DNA of 64,000 nucleotides from the human T2T-CHM13v2.0 reference genome, Homo sapiens (GCF_009914755.1 NC_060925.1); one strand, 5' to 3'; shown: positions 1 to 14,314, numbered from the stretch's first letter. Numbers and translations are program-made. Notes: generated by a model not told the origin, from the sequence alone.

Positions 1-302
1 AAGTCTCAAATGAGTCACCAGGGCTGTGTTCATTCTGGAGACTCTAGGAGAAAATCTTAGAGGCTGCCTGCATTCCTTGCTTGTGGCTCCTTCCTCCATT
101 TCAAAGTCAGTAGCATAGCATCTTATCTCCTTTCTGACCTCCTGCTTTCCTCTTATAAAGATTCTTGTATTGTGCCTACCAGATAGTTCAGGATAATACC
201 CCATCTCAAGATCCTGAACTCACATTCGCAAAGCTCATTTTGCCTTGTCAGGGAACATATTCATGGATTCTGGAAACAGGAATGTGGACACCTTTGGTGG
301 GG
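1..302 (-). mobile_element. MLT1 (C/D-like) MaLR LTR, cut by window edge
   Basis: Matches the reverse complement of recalled MLT1 blocks (ggataat..cccatctcaagatcct; aatgtggacacctttgg); similar to the copy at 46324-46762. Confidence 0.8.
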
Positions 303-679
303 TCAGGATTTAGGGCTTTTATCAATCTTCTGCAGGTTTATCTTACAAACTCAATTTCACTGGCCCCAAATGAGCTGCTCAAAAACTGGCACACTCAAGA
401 CTGCAGCATGGTCTCATGGAAAGAACTCATCTTAAGAATACAAAAGGTGGGTTTTAAACTTATTTATTTTCTACTTTGGTGACCTTGGTATTGTCATTTA
501 TCTCTTTTAAGTTTTCATTTTCTCTTCAGAAAAAAAAAAATTAAACAGGGTATCCTAATTCACCTGAACTTAACAAACAGTTAAGTTATTAAAAACCTAC
601 TATGCCAGCCTATGTTAGGTGACCTCCACGTTTGGGGTAAATGCAGAGTTGACTCTGCAAGGTGTTTGTGTTCCAATTT

Positions 680-800
680 TTGTGAATAAGGAAACTGATT
701 TGTAGAGAGGTTAGGAAATTTGCTTATGATAACATGGCAGTGGAAGAGCCAGGAAATGGACCCAGGTCTGTCCCATTCCAAAGCCCCTACTTTTCTCATA
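680..800 (-). mobile_element. MIR fragment
   Basis: gaaactga..agagaggttag..gagccagga..cccaggtctgtc core in antisense orientation. Confidence 0.7.
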
Positions 801-2831
801 ATTCCTGGTTGTCTTCCTCAAGGACCCAATAAGACTATGTAACAATATTTTCACACTGAAAGTGCTACTTGGATGTAAGGAGTTACTATTACTATTACCA
901 TTACTGCAGGTAAGCGACTTCCTTGTAGCATCTCTATGCTTGTGCCTGCCAGCATTATAACTGTATGTGCATTTGCATGTTTCCAAAAATAACATTATTC
1001 AAAGAGTAAAGGCTGTCTTCTTATATCATTAAGTTAATGTTTTTCATTTAAAGTGGACTTGAGAAAGCTTTCCAAATATGTTATTAAATAACTCGAACTT
1101 CTTAACCACAGAAATATCCCCTGGGAAACCCTTAGCCCTGGGCAGCTACCATTAGGACTAGGATGGAGAAAAATGACACCAGGCATCCAAAGGGTTTCTT
1201 CAAGCCTGTTCTGTACGTGCTCCCTGATTTTTCTCCCCTGAATCACTTTCTTTGTTTCTGCAGATGGTAATCTCCCTCTACTGGGGCTATGTGGACCAAC
1301 TTGCTCCAATCCACGCATATGTTCAGGTTGACTCCTTGCTGGCTTTTAATGCCCCTTGAGCAATCAAAACTTCTCTATTTCAATTAACATTGCTTTTGAT
1401 GTTTAGGAAAAAATATTCCATCATCTATAATGTATCACCTCAAGACCTAATATTAATATTTGCTTAATTTTTTCCTCCCTAAAACAGAACACCATTCAGA
1501 CAGCACTAGTGATGGCCAAACACTATTGCTTTATGAGAACAGAAAGGAGATAGGCTATGCATAATGGGGAAGAAATGCAGACCTAAATGATAAGCAATGG
1601 AAATGTTTATCTACTTATAGTATCCCCATATTTTATTTTCATGTATATGTCCTGCAGCTCATTTTGCTTCCTCTGCCTGGAATGCCTTTGTTCACTTCTG
1701 CCTGCTGAACCCCAATTCATGCTTTATGACTTACATCAATAATTCACTTGTGGTTTCTTATCTAATAACTTATAACATTGATACAACTTTAATATCTATA
1801 TTTATTTTATCCTGTGAGCAAGCATTAAGTTTGTGGATCAAAGACCAGGCTTATTACTACTTACAGAAACAACTGTACTAGTTCCCTATGACATGCTGCC
1901 CCTTAGAGCAAAGTGATGAGGGCAGATGTCATGCTGTATGTACAGAGAGAGGAATTTCAAAATTCAAAATTATGAATCTGGGAATTTATGGAACCACTGG
2001 AGAGCTGCCCCTCTTTTTTTGAGAGAGAGAGTCATAAGCCTATCTTATTTAAAATCATCAAATCCTCTCTGGAAATGACATCTAAGTTATTAGAACCTTT
2101 TGGGATGTATACAAATGACTCCTTGTTTTATCCTCCTTTGAGACTCGAATCCTTACCTCTAGTGAGATAACCTCTCACTCCCTCTTTAAGGCATTTTACT
2201 ATCCTAAATTTTCTATTCAGTCATTATTTAACCCAAGTTGCCAATCACTTTTGTTCATAAAGTATACGTTCATGCAGAAACATGAAAATGTTCACACTGC
2301 CTCCTCAAAATTATAATTCCCATATCCTCCAATTATAGTAAGTCATTGTCCCTCAGTGTCACTACTGTATGACACTTGTCATTCTCACAACCACTATTGA
2401 TCTGCCTAGGACTGGTCTCTATCCAGCCCAAACGTGGTTCCTATGTTTGCACACAATGAATGGTCAGTAAAGATTTTTCAAATAAATGGATAAGCAAGCA
2501 TTCATCACCCAATTTTATTATGTAAGGCAGCATGCTATAAAAATTTAAAGGCCAAGTAGTTTTCAAACTGTTATCTCTGACAACATCTCATTTGAGGTAC
2601 GTCCACTCATCTCATTTTTATCCATGGAGAAATTGATACTTCAAGAGTTAAAGAGACATTCCCAAGTTCACACAGCCAGTCAATGATGCTGCTAAGATCG
2701 GAACCCGTATCTGTCTAGCCTTGCAGGCCATACTCTTAGCTATGACTCTCTGATGTCTTACTTTGTGGCATCACAGATGCCTTTCTACTTACATTGGTAG
2801 GTTTCCCAAGAAACAATTCAATGCTTTAAAT

Positions 2832-3240
2832 GTGATTGGGTTCCCTAGAGGCAGTCTGAGATGGAGATTCTTGTGCAAATGATTTATTAAAGGGTATATT
2901 CCCAGGAGAAAGGGAGTGTGAGGACCAGGACAGGCAAGGGGAAAAAACTACAGATGTGGTCTCAACTGGAGACTAGCTTCAGCCTAATCCTGCAGCAAGT
3001 ACTGGAGCGAGATGAATTGCCTCATCTTCAGGCAAGAGGCCAGCCTTCTGCAGACCCACCTTAATCACTCATTTCCTGGAGTATATCTCCAGGGAGAGAG
3101 GAGGCATAACCTCTTTGGTGCCAACGGCATTTCCCACAGGAAGAGGATAGCTCTGAGCTGTTAGCAACAAACACTCACATCACCAATAGATGGGTTGTTG
3201 TCCTCATAAAGGGGACCTAGGTGGGACACCATGAGCACCC
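2832..3240 (-). mobile_element. LTR16-like ERVL solo LTR (old)
   Basis: gggttccctagaggcagtctgagatggagattcttgtgcaaatgatttatt resembles the reverse complement of the LTR16-family 3' end. Confidence 0.6.
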
Positions 3241-4099
3241 TTCCTGGAAGAGCTAGACTGCTGTGATTGGCACCCCATTGTGAATGGGGCGATAGCATTT
3301 TGGCTGCAACTGGCTGTGTGCTCCAGTTGCCAAGTAAGCATTGGCTGTCTTTCGTCTTGGTCAGCACAGCCTCCAGCTTTAAGCTAAACTGGTTGTTATT
3401 GCAAAAGATGCTCTAGCTCTGAATCTTGCTGAAAATATTGGGCCACTTTGGGCTCAGATTGTCAAAATACACACGTCGTACCTCTAGAAGAGGTGTTCAA
3501 AGAGAGGCTTCACACAAGGCTTCAGTGCCCTGGGAACCCACTGGAGCAGACAGCTCCTGGGAACATGTTCCATGGGCAGGAAATGGCAATTAAGCACCTG
3601 TTAACCCGGGTAGTATTAACTGTCCTTGTTCAGCTCAATAAACAATTTTTAGTCATCTGTTTAGCTTTCTTATTTAAACACCTGTGTGTCAGGCAGCTTT
3701 TAGTTCATTTACAAACTAAAGAATCATCAGCTCAAAACCTAAAATTTAAATTGCATACAAATCATTCATATTTATTGAATTAATATTCAGTGTCAGCCAT
3801 CTCACCCTTTTGAAATGTTTTTATATTTAAAAACTTCTTTGAGATAGGTATTGTTATCTATTTTGGCAGATGAGGAAGCTAAGGGACAGAGATGTGAAAC
3901 AGTCTGATATCATATAGCTAATGAACCCAAATTTAAAATCGGATCTATTTTTAAAAAATATATATCCATATATGTCAAATTCTCAAGTACTAAAAGGTAT
4001 ATTTTCATTATGCTTTCATTAGATCTTAGGTTAGAACTTATTTGACTGTCTCCAGAAGTCTGTCTGGTAGTGTCTAATAACTTTAAAGGCAAGAAAGAT

Positions 4100-4705
4100 C
4101 CAGAATATTTTAGGTCTTTGGCTTAGTCTCCATACAACATCCAAGGAGATCTTTTTAAAACTTTATTCTGATCCTGTCACCTCATGCTGACAACTCTTCC
4201 TTCAGGTTCCCCACTGCACTCAGGATAAAATCCAGACTATCCACACAGCCTGGCTGGTCATTGTCAGTACAATGGTTTACATTCTGGCTGCTTCTCCAGC
4301 CCCATTTCATGTCATCTCCATTTCATTTTCTCCAGTCCAGCCACACTTGTCTTCTTCCCCATACTCCAACCATTCCTTCTCCCTGTACCACTTTTCCTTT
4401 CAATCTTTGATAAATTCAATAAATTCACCCCCTACCTTCATATGCCACTTCCTCAGGGAGGCTTTTAATGAACTCCCAAAATTGTTTAGGTGCTCTAAAC
4501 AATTCTCACAGAAACCGTGTTTCTTTCTTAGAATTTATCAGTTTGTTGTTTCAGACTAGCACAATCTTCTGATGAATGCTTTATTTCTATCACTGGACTG
4601 TACACTTCAGCAGAGCAGGAATCATATTTCTTGTGACTACTTTCATATTGCCAGCACCTATAGTACCTAGCACACAGTAGGCATTATTGAATGGATGAAT
4701 GAACA
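4100..4705 (+). mobile_element. L2 3' portion
   Basis: Ends in the typical L2 tail cctagcacacagtaggc..ttgaatggatgaatgaa. Confidence 0.8.
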
Positions 4706-5189
4706 TACTTCCCCATTCCATCTTCTCTATTCCCTTATAACCATATTATTTAAGCCTGTTCTTTTTTCTCCAGTTGATTAATAGATAATGGCTAAAATAA
4801 CATCATGGGACAGGCTGGCATGGCATGATACACAACTAGAAATAACACAGAGCCTTTTTCTCCACCAAGCAGGAAGGGTGAACTGACCAACTCCCTAAGA
4901 CCTTAGATCCCAGTACACTACAGCTACTACATAGGAGTTCCTTTCTATCTTTGACAAATTCAAAGCAGGAGACTTCAGATCCACTGGGAGGAAGCTACAG
5001 GCAGAAAAAAAAAAAGCCAAGGTATTGGCACCATCTTGCATTCATTAAATAATCATGGGGAAGTTTCTTAACCTATCACATCCCCAGTTAGCTCATCTGA
5101 AACATGAAATCATGGTGCTGAAAGTTATATGCATGCTAGATAAAGGATGATCATGACTAGAAACATAGGTTAGGCTAGGAAGATGTGGC

Positions 5190-5424
5190 CTAGGAGATTT
5201 CACACTGCCTTCTGCCGAATCCTGAGGTTTTCAGGTGCTTAAGTGTCCACTGGTGGGAGAGAAGGAGGTGATAGAGCAGGGATCAAGTAGGCCTGTTCTG
5301 GAGTCCCTGCTGCTATTTCAATATAAGCAAATTCACTTTAATTTTATCTATATATCAAGGTCTTAAAGAATATTTTATTTGGAAAAATGTTTTAGCTGTT
5401 TAAAAATACGTTGAAAAACAACTT
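5190..5424. mobile_element. hAT-Charlie MITE (MER112-like)
   Basis: Degenerate match to recalled consensus ending aaaaa..gttgaaaaacaact. Confidence 0.5.
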
Positions 5425-5683
5425 ATTTGATCTTGCATTCTCATTTCACAGAAGAAGAAATCAAGCCTAGTGAAATCTCACACAGCTAGTCAATTGAGTC
5501 CTGTGACTCAGGACTTATTTTTATACTGTTTCCCCCCTCCTCATATGCTTTGGTTTTGTAGGGTTTTTTTTTTTTTTTCAAAGCTTATGGATCACTATGC
5601 AAAGTTTCCTCTGCTATTCTAACTCAGCTCAATGAATCAGCAGAGCTGGCTTCTAGTCCTGGGCATATAACCAACTAGCTATA

Positions 5684-6014
5684 TGCTCTGGTCTAAATGT
5701 TTGTGTCCTCCCAAAATTCATATGTTAAAACCCTAATCATCAATGTGATGGTATCTGGAGTTGGGGCCTTTGGGAGGTATTTGGCTTTGTCCTCACGAAT
5801 GGGATTAGTGCCCTTATAAAAGAGGCCTTAGAGAGTGTGTCTTTTCAACCATATGAGGACATGGCTAGCAGGTGTCATCTGAGTCATCAGACATCTAATC
5901 TGCCAGAACCTTGATCTTGGATTTACTCACCTCTAAAACTGTGAGAAATAAGTTTCTGCTTTTTGTAAGCTACCCAGTTTCTGGTATTTTGTCATAGTCG
6001 CTTGAACAAAGACA
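5684..6014 (+). mobile_element. MLT1A/MLT1A0 solo LTR inserted into a MIR
   Basis: tg..aatgtttgtgtcctcccaaaattcatatgtt start and gtgagaaataagtttctg..gaca end; MIR sequence continues on both sides (~5645-5683, ~6015-6150). Confidence 0.85.
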
Positions 6015-7254
6015 ACATTTAACTTTAAGTAAGTTCCAACTATTCTCAGCCCAAGTTCCCTATATGAAAAGTAAAGATAATAATTCCTGGCCTGCCCTGT
6101 GGAGAGTGAGTGTGAGGAACAGATAACAACAAAATGCAAAATTGCTTTGACTACTATAAAATGTCATCTCTCTATCCTTGAGGCATATAAAAAGTCTATA
6201 GTCAGCATGTAATAAATGTTGAAGGAAGAAAAATAAAAGGAAGTAGGGAGGGAAGAAAGAGATAGGCAGAAAAGTTTACTTCTATTTCTGTCTCATCGAT
6301 AGTAAGTTTCTAATCTCATAAAAACAGAAACACTCATAAAATGCAATTGCTGTGTCTCTCTGTGATGAAGGGAGACTCAAAATCTCCCACTCCTTGGTCT
6401 CGTGGGTACCAGATTCCACAGGACTAGTTCCAGCCCTGAAATGCTTTGCTTCACAGTCTCTGGCTGAATGAATGGAACACTCAAGCCCTGTTTCAATGAA
6501 ACCTAAAATGTGTTTTGCCCCTAGACCTTTTCCTTTTATCTTTCAAGACCCATGTAATGTAATGGAAATTGATGAAGTGTGGAATAAATTCCACTCCTTC
6601 CCCACATCTCCTTGTCCATTGTACCTATTAACTTAGAGGAATTTAGCCTGCAAGGGAGTAAATGTGGGTGTAGAAAGGGATAGGACATTGCAGTTCTTTG
6701 AAAGCAGGGGATAGGACGATGAATAATGTTGAAGTTCTTTAGCCACCAAAGCCACAGCCTGTGAGAAATGCATACATGTATTTCTTGTCATTGAGTGAGG
6801 CTTGTCTGAAGATGCCACTCACTTTCACATCTCAAGTACACTGCCAATGCCTCCCATGCCCAGATGCTTCCAGTGGCCCAAACTCCCCCCATATCTCTGA
6901 GTCTTCCTGGGTGTGTTCATCTGATTGTCCTATTAACTCAACATATCAAAAACTGAATCAATTACTTCTTCTTACCCCCTACAAATAATCACATCCAACC
7001 AACATGTTACTAGTCATGTCACCACCATTTTTCTTGTCATTCAAACTATAATCCTGAAACCTGTTTTTAACTTCTCTCCATCACTGTGCCTCCATTTCCA
7101 GTCAATTAAGAAATTTTCTTTCTTACATTATGATCCCATTCTCTCTCCTAGGTGCATTTTCTACCTAGTACTGTTGCTGGAAATTTTACCTCCTACTCTA
7201 TTATCTCCCATATGAACTGTTACAGTAGCATAATGAATAATGTTTATTGAGATA

Positions 7255-7484
7255 AAGGTTTTTCAGTGCCACAACTTTCAATATTTTAAACCAAAACATT
7301 ACTATTTTCTGGAGGTAAGGGGGAGGGTGCTCGGTGCATTGTAGGACATTCAATAATGTCCCTAGCTTCTACCTACTAGATGCCAGTAGCAACCTCCCCT
7401 CCCCTGGGGTGACAACCAAAAATGTTTCCATATATTGTCAAATGTCCCCTCGATGGCAAAGTCATGCTAGTTAAGCACCACTAC
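7255..7484. mobile_element. MER20 (hAT-Charlie MITE)
   Basis: gtgcattgtagga..ctacctactagatgccagtagc..gtgacaaccaaaaatgtttcca..aaatgtcccct diagnostic blocks. Confidence 0.85.
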
Positions 7485-7869
7485 TTTAAACCAAGCATGT
7501 CAGGTATCATGCATGCCACCACTTATTTTTCCTGAGATTATGGGATAAAGCTATGGCCAATCCAGATATTTTATCCTTTAGAGACAACATGCGGGCTCAC
7601 AGTCTTTCTCAACATAGCATAGCTAGCACCTGGTATAAACTCATTGGAATGTTCAGAACCCTATTTACCTGTTCATAATGTAGTCTCACCATTCATTAAC
7701 ATCAGAAAGTGTTTCTATTTCTGTATCCCCAGTGCCTGACACCCTGCCTGGCATTTAAGAGATCCTTACGATATATTTTCTGAAAGAGTGAATGGATGAA
7801 TTTATCACTCCTCACTCCCCTACACAATCGAGGGTCATGAAATTCCACAGGTCAAAAGTTCTGTGTCTT

Positions 7870-8052
7870 CTGCAATTGTTCACTGCACAAGGGTGCCCTA
7901 TCTCCAGAGAGCACAACTCACATCAGAGACACCATAGCATTATACATCTCTCATAAAGATAAACTTCTGACTAATGGAAGAAGTGTGGAAGGTGTGAATT
8001 TTTTCTAATTTGTACAAGAGTGTTTGCAAAAAGTGAACTCGTGGAGACCCTG
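7870..8052. mobile_element. MER91-like (hAT-Tip100) MITE
   Basis: cactgcacaa..cacatcagagacaccatag..ttttctaatttgtacaa..ccctg. Confidence 0.6.
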
Positions 8053-10039
8053 CAAACTTCCTACTGTGACATCAGAGGTTTTGTTACTTAATCCTACTTT
8101 ACAGAACAAGCATAAAGCTCAGCTCTACAGCCTGATATCGACAGCCTTCTGAGACCTGGCTCTACCTACCATTCTATGCTTCTTTCTTAATATTTTCTTT
8201 CACGAAATTTTAGTTCCACTTTGGGGGTCACTGAGCACACCTTGTTTTCCCTCTATAATTTTGTTGACCCATTTCTCACTGCCTAGAATGCTCTTACCAG
8301 CAACTGCATATACTTATCGGCTTACTTTTAAGACATAGAAAATCAACCTGTTTTAGAGGTCTTGTGAAACACATATTTCATATGTTATTCATTTAATCAT
8401 GTAGGCAGGATTATCTCCAATTTACCATGAGGAAACCAAGTTTCAAAGATTTGCCTGAATGAGGCAAAGGTAGGTCACAGTTTGAGACTCTCAACAGCAT
8501 ATGCCTCTTCATAGTTACATCTCTTTTTCCTTCCTTCCTGTCTCTCTGTTCAGTCCTGGGTGGGAAGGGAGAGGTGAATCTCTCTTAAACCAGTCTTCCT
8601 TGCAGGAAAAAAAATGTGACTGGCTAACAGGAGCTCTTGGGCATGGACTGGTAGTCTTTGTTATATCCAACCACAGCATAGTTTTCTATGGAAGAAAAGG
8701 AAAGAGTTTTATTTTTAGGCCAATTTTTATTCACCACATAGCCAGCACTATTTAGTTAAAAACGTTAGAGCTTAAGTCACAAACTAAAGAACAGTCTGAG
8801 TTGGCAGAGCATGGGGCATGAAATGACTTCTCCACACCAACATACAAGAAAATCAGCAGTGGGAGTCCAACTTCCGAAGATCAGGATAGCAATATGTACA
8901 TATCCACAAAATCAAATTCAATTTTATTGGCAGGGTAGAAAGAAAAAAAGGAAAATTGAAGAAAAAATAAATATATGCACTTGTAAGGAAGAGGTTATGT
9001 AGGTTAATGTTGGGAGCAGGCGTGGTTATAGAACGTAGAATTCAAAAGACTTGCGTTGATTTTTATTTTATGCATCTTATTATTCATTTTTAGCATGGGA
9101 AAGAAGAGTAATTCCTTTAAGGGCAGGCAGACTTTTAATATTATCTTCATAGAACTATACTAGTAGAAGCAAAATATTATTAGATGAGAGAGCTAGTGAG
9201 TCAGAGATCATCTGAATGACTTGTTAAATTTTCAGATGAGGAAATTGAAGCTTCAAAAAGGAAAAATAAACCACAAAAGTCGTATGGTAAATGAAGGGCA
9301 GAGATTAGAAACCATGCTCCTGGCACCTTTCACAAAATTCTTTCTACATGTTCACCCTCATTCCTCTGCCATTTTGCGACCTCCATTCTATAAATTACCA
9401 CTGGGAGTTCATCACAGAAATAACCACAGAAAATGGGGAAACGAAACTTGGCTACTCTCCTCTCTAGAACATTTATTCTGTATGTGAGTCAGTACAAAAA
9501 AAAGTTTACACTTCATTTATTCATGTAGTAATTTTGAATTAAGCTGCACCACATAAATTCTCCTGAAAAATGATGCAATTAAGCCTGGACTATTTGAGGA
9601 AGGACAACAACATGTGGCTGTAATTATAATGGCAAAACATCTTGGTAGCACGCTGACTTATTAGTGCAGTAATTAGTGTTGGTGCAATGCATACTGAATA
9701 GTCCATAAAACAAATAACGCGATGTAAAATTCTGAAAAAGAGTCATAATTTTCAAATGAACAATCTTTGGATATTTTGCCTGTGGCATCAACCATTTGGA
9801 CCAAATTATTTCAGCCACCACATATAGGAAGCTCTGCCTCCCTCCTGAGTACAGAGTATTAGAAAGATCTTCAACTTCTGGCAAAATAGAGAATTCTTGT
9901 ATAAAATCTGGAAAATGAGAGCAAAATGAACTCTGTTAGGGATGAATTATCTAAATGCTAAAAAGTGAGTGAGGATTTGCTGTATAGTCTTGGATTCTGG
10001 AATAGGTTGCGCCAATAGCATTTATTAAAAATCACACAG

Positions 10040-10146
10040 TGGATTTATCCACTTCACAATTTACACATATTTCAGAACATCACATTTTACACCACAAATA
10101 TGTATACATATATATAATTTTTATTTGTTAATATTAAAAATAAATA
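10040..10146 (+). mobile_element. L1MA-type 3' end fragment
   Basis: ttcacaat..aacatcaca..tacacca..aatttttatttgt..aaaaataaa terminal motif. Confidence 0.6.
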
Positions 10147-11064
10147 GATTCTTTAAAACCACAAAATGTAAAATTATCAGTCTCATAATAATAGATCTTA
10201 GAATTGGTTAGAATTTTGAGACACCACTTTTACTGATCTCCTAACTTCAGACAGTAATGTTTTATAATTTCATTTTATAAATAACTTAGTCCCAAAATAT
10301 CTCAATAAATAAAATCATAAAAAAATAAGAGTCAACAATGGGTATGTAACTGAGTTCCCATCCAAATTCCATCTCTATTTAGTACATGGATTTACCATAA
10401 GACATCTCCTTAGATCTTAGTCACATGTCTTTTATAATCTTACCCACATATTGAAATGTTTTATTCAAAATATTGGATTAAAGAGGTCCAGGGCTAAAAC
10501 ACCAGAAAAAATATTCTTCTAGACGGTCTTTGGCTGGTTCTCAACATACTCTAAGCAGTATATAACTCATATACATTCAGCAGCAAGTAAGACTTGTATG
10601 TTGGAGCAGGTGCTGAGAAAGTGGAGGAAGCCAGGTTAGAGCAGATGTGCAGTGATATTGCACAGTACTGGCCTCTTGTTTGAGTGGATCCAAGAGTCAG
10701 TGAGATGGTGCCCAGTGAGGTATGAAAGCTCAGGCTTCGTCATCTCTCATTTTGATATCCATGGAGATCGCAAATCTGTGTGGATCCTTAAAGTCACGAG
10801 GATGGCCCTATCATAACTATTTCAAATGGGAAATTTTATGTGACATCGTGTCCCAGCCAAAGGCCTAGGCACCCAGAAAGCAAGATTTGAGAAGGGGCTA
10901 GCAAGCGTTAGGCAGTGCGTGATAATTCTATGAGTGGTCTGGGGGTCAGATCAGGATTTGAAGAGATGGCTAGAAGTGGGATTGCACCCTTAATTGTAAT
11001 GGGCACCAGGAAAAAGTTGCTTCCTAGAATGCTGGATCCCTGGCTGCAAAAGCTGCAAAGTATG

Positions 11065-11286
11065 GCATACCCACTGTGTGCCAGGTATTGTTCCAAGCAC
11101 TGTATATGAATTAGTATATGCATCTTTATAACAACCATAGGAGCAGGGTCCTGTTATCATCTTCTTCAACAGATATATAAAAGGATGAATAGTTTACCTG
11201 AGGTAGTACAGACAAAAATAAGAAAAATCAGGATTTGAACGAATGCAGTTAGTTCTAGAGTATAGTGTTTATACAATGGCTGCCTC
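11065..11286 (-). mobile_element. MIR
   Basis: tgtgccaggtattgttccaagcac..acaaccatag..caggatttgaac in antisense orientation. Confidence 0.75.
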
Positions 11287-11609
11287 TTAAATGGAATAAG
11301 ATAAATTCTAGTTCTTACATGTTGGTGCGTGTGAGGCTTCTATGACATGGTCTGTTTGGGTTGAGAATAATTCAGATAACAGGTGGGACTTACCCGGTGG
11401 TTGAAATAATCAATTCCAAAAGCTGAAATGAACTGGGAACAACAGGGGATGAACAAGCAGATTCAATCAACCAATGACTAGTAGATTCAAGAGAAGTCCA
11501 CCTCATGTCTTCTGCCACATCAGTCTTATGAGGATCTTATTGATACCCAAGGGTCCTTTTTAATACTTCTGGTCTAACAGGCTACTAGTACCCCAAACAA
11601 ACACAGGGT

Positions 11610-12027
11610 CATGGGTTTAAAATCCTCTTTTTGCCCATTGCTCTTGGTGAGTCATTGGGCATTTCATTCCCCTTCTCTGAGCCTCACCTTCCTCATCTGG
11701 AAATTGGCAATAAAAATATTTCATATAATCACATCCAATGTTAAATAAGAAAACATTTGTAAAGCAGGAGCTCTGGAGCCAGACTGCCTGGGTTAGAATG
11801 CTGAGAATAGAATTTTTCAGTTTTGTGACCTAGGGCTAGAGACTTAACCTCTCTGCTCCTCATTTTCAACTTCAGTAGAATGAGAATTGTAATAGAACCT
11901 AATTCATAGGGTTGTTTGAAGATTACATATGTTAATCCACATAAAATGCTTATAATGCCTTATAATAAATACCATATTCATGGTAGCTATTGTAACTATT
12001 TTTGTTGCTGTTGTTAGCACAGTGCTT
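11610..12027 (+). mobile_element. Two MIRs, the second (~11761-11995) apparently nested in the first
   Basis: First MIR breaks at tttgtaaagca and resumes at ttagcacagtgc; second starts gctctggagccagactgcctgggtt. Confidence 0.7.
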
Positions 12028-14314
12028 AATTGATTCTCTTTCTTTTTCCTCCACTTTTTTCCATTAAACAAGTGAGATTAGTGTCTGAAATTTGACCTCA
12101 TGTTGAATCCTTGTAAACTTACTAGATACAGCAGTTTGCTCATTCCAAAACTATTGGGTCTGATCTGTATCACTCACTTTAAATACAATATATATGTAGA
12201 TTACAAGATGTGCAGGACCACATACTGTGGCTTAATACCTAGTTTGAAAAGAGAATAAAATTACTTGGAGGCAGCTTGTGTGTTTGGAGTCTAAGTTCCA
12301 GCTCTGCCACTAAGTTTCTTTATGATCCTGAGAAAGTTATTGACTTACTCTGATCCACCTTGGGAAAAATAGTGTCTAGATTTAAAGTTGCACCATAGTC
12401 ACAATGGAATGATTTTTTTTTAAATCAGTGACAACCAAGTGTGAATCTGAACACTGCCATATACTAGTTGTTTAATCTTAAGTAAGTTACCCATCCCTTC
12501 TAATTCTCAATTTCCTTATCTGCAAGTGATTGAGAATATTATCTTCTTCAAGAGGAGTACATGAGGGCTAAGTGAGCTAAGGGCCATTGAATGTGCTTAG
12601 CTATGTATTTGGCTCATGGAAGGGACTTTCATGCCTTCCTAGCTTGTCCCCACCTCAACCACTGTGCCCAACTCAGGTATACATGTAAGTGCACACTCAT
12701 ATACCAAAGTAAACCTTTATATTTTGATTCAACATCAAGTATTCCTTAGTCTCATTTAAAAACGTTAGGCGCATGTATTTTTGGGAGCAGAGTGACAATG
12801 CGATTGCTCTCTAGGCCTTGATGCATGCTTGGACTACATTCTTGGGCCATTTTTTCTATAAGCGATGACCTTGTTCAGCACAGTATCTTCTAGTCTCTTT
12901 CAACTCTAATCAGAAAGCATTACCTTTAGACTACTAAGCATCTACCACACAAATAACTATTATTTTTCAAAACATTATCCTCATTAGTTTTCAAGTAGTC
13001 CCCTAGTTTCTGGGTAGGCTTGATGCAAAAATAACATGAGATCCAAACAAAATCCTCTGTGAAGACCTCTCTGAATACGCCAGCAGAATTAACCCTCTCT
13101 CCATTCTCCTATTATGCCTCCTTTCCCCTCCCTCCCTCCTGCATTGTCAAATAGACTTGTCTGTCTTGGGTCGGCCTCACTCTCTGAACTGTGAGTTCCT
13201 TGAAGGTAGCAGGGGCTGAATCTTTTTATTTTTGTATCCCCAACATTTATAACTAAGTCCAATACCTCATACAGAATAGGTGCTTAAATATTAAATAAAT
13301 GGACAAATATAAAAATTCTTCCCTCCTTCTAGTCCCTCCTGCATTGTGAACATGAATGTGTAGCCTTGACCTTATACAGATTCACCACAAGAATATGGCC
13401 ATAATGATTTAGGTAGGGAATTATTGGAAGACACATTTTATAACTCTTGCCATAATTAATGTGACAAGAAATAATAATTGACTTAGTAATGCAATCAAAT
13501 CAGAATGTATTTGATTTGATCTGTCAAGTTGGTATTCATATCTCTAATCCTTCTAGTCAGAGCTTTCAACACCTAATTATTTCTGAAAGCAGTGAAGGCA
13601 GGCACATTTGATGTCAAGCTTGGTTTCAAGAAATGAGGAAATGTTGCACCCTCGATTCATTCTGTAAAGCTGGAGAAGGTGGGGGAGATATGTCTGTTAC
13701 TCTGTGTTTTTGCTCCTCATATGCATACACTCTACCCACTGCTGAGGTGTTTACTAAGCCTTGGGGTCTTAAGCCCAGTTCTTTAAAAGAACAGTCTTTT
13801 GAGATTTGGAAGTTATTCCTCAATGTATTTCACATAACACCCATAAAGACAGAAAGATGTGTCTCAGAATGACTAAAAGTATATGTTGAAACTGAATCTT
13901 GTTTGAAGTATACAAAATCAAGATACAAGATCAACAGAGTAAGTTTCTGTCTGATAAAACGTTAATATGATTAATGCCTGGCAAACTTATTCCAACCTTG
14001 ATTTGGGTTTTTGTCACTGATTCTCTCCAGAATTTCTAGTTTATAATGAAATGCATTTTGCATTAGTCGATTTGCCACATTGCAAAGCTAGAAATCTTTT
14101 GATGTTTATTTCATGACTGCCTTTCAAGTATATTGTAAGCTCCTTGAAGGCAGAGGCCAGGTCTTTTAATCCATGCATTCCCAGGAAGTAGCCCAGTACC
14201 TGGTGTACAGATTCTTTAAAAAAATATGTAATGAGCAATGAATAACTGAACATTTTGCCTTTCATTTCTTTGCCAATAAAGCAAGGACAGGGGAGATTGG
14301 AGCACAAGGAAAAT

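Noticed and set aside
9640-9830. Possible enhancer (TAATTA, CCATAAAA, retained CpGs)
   Set aside because: Too few specific motifs to separate from AT-rich background without conservation data.
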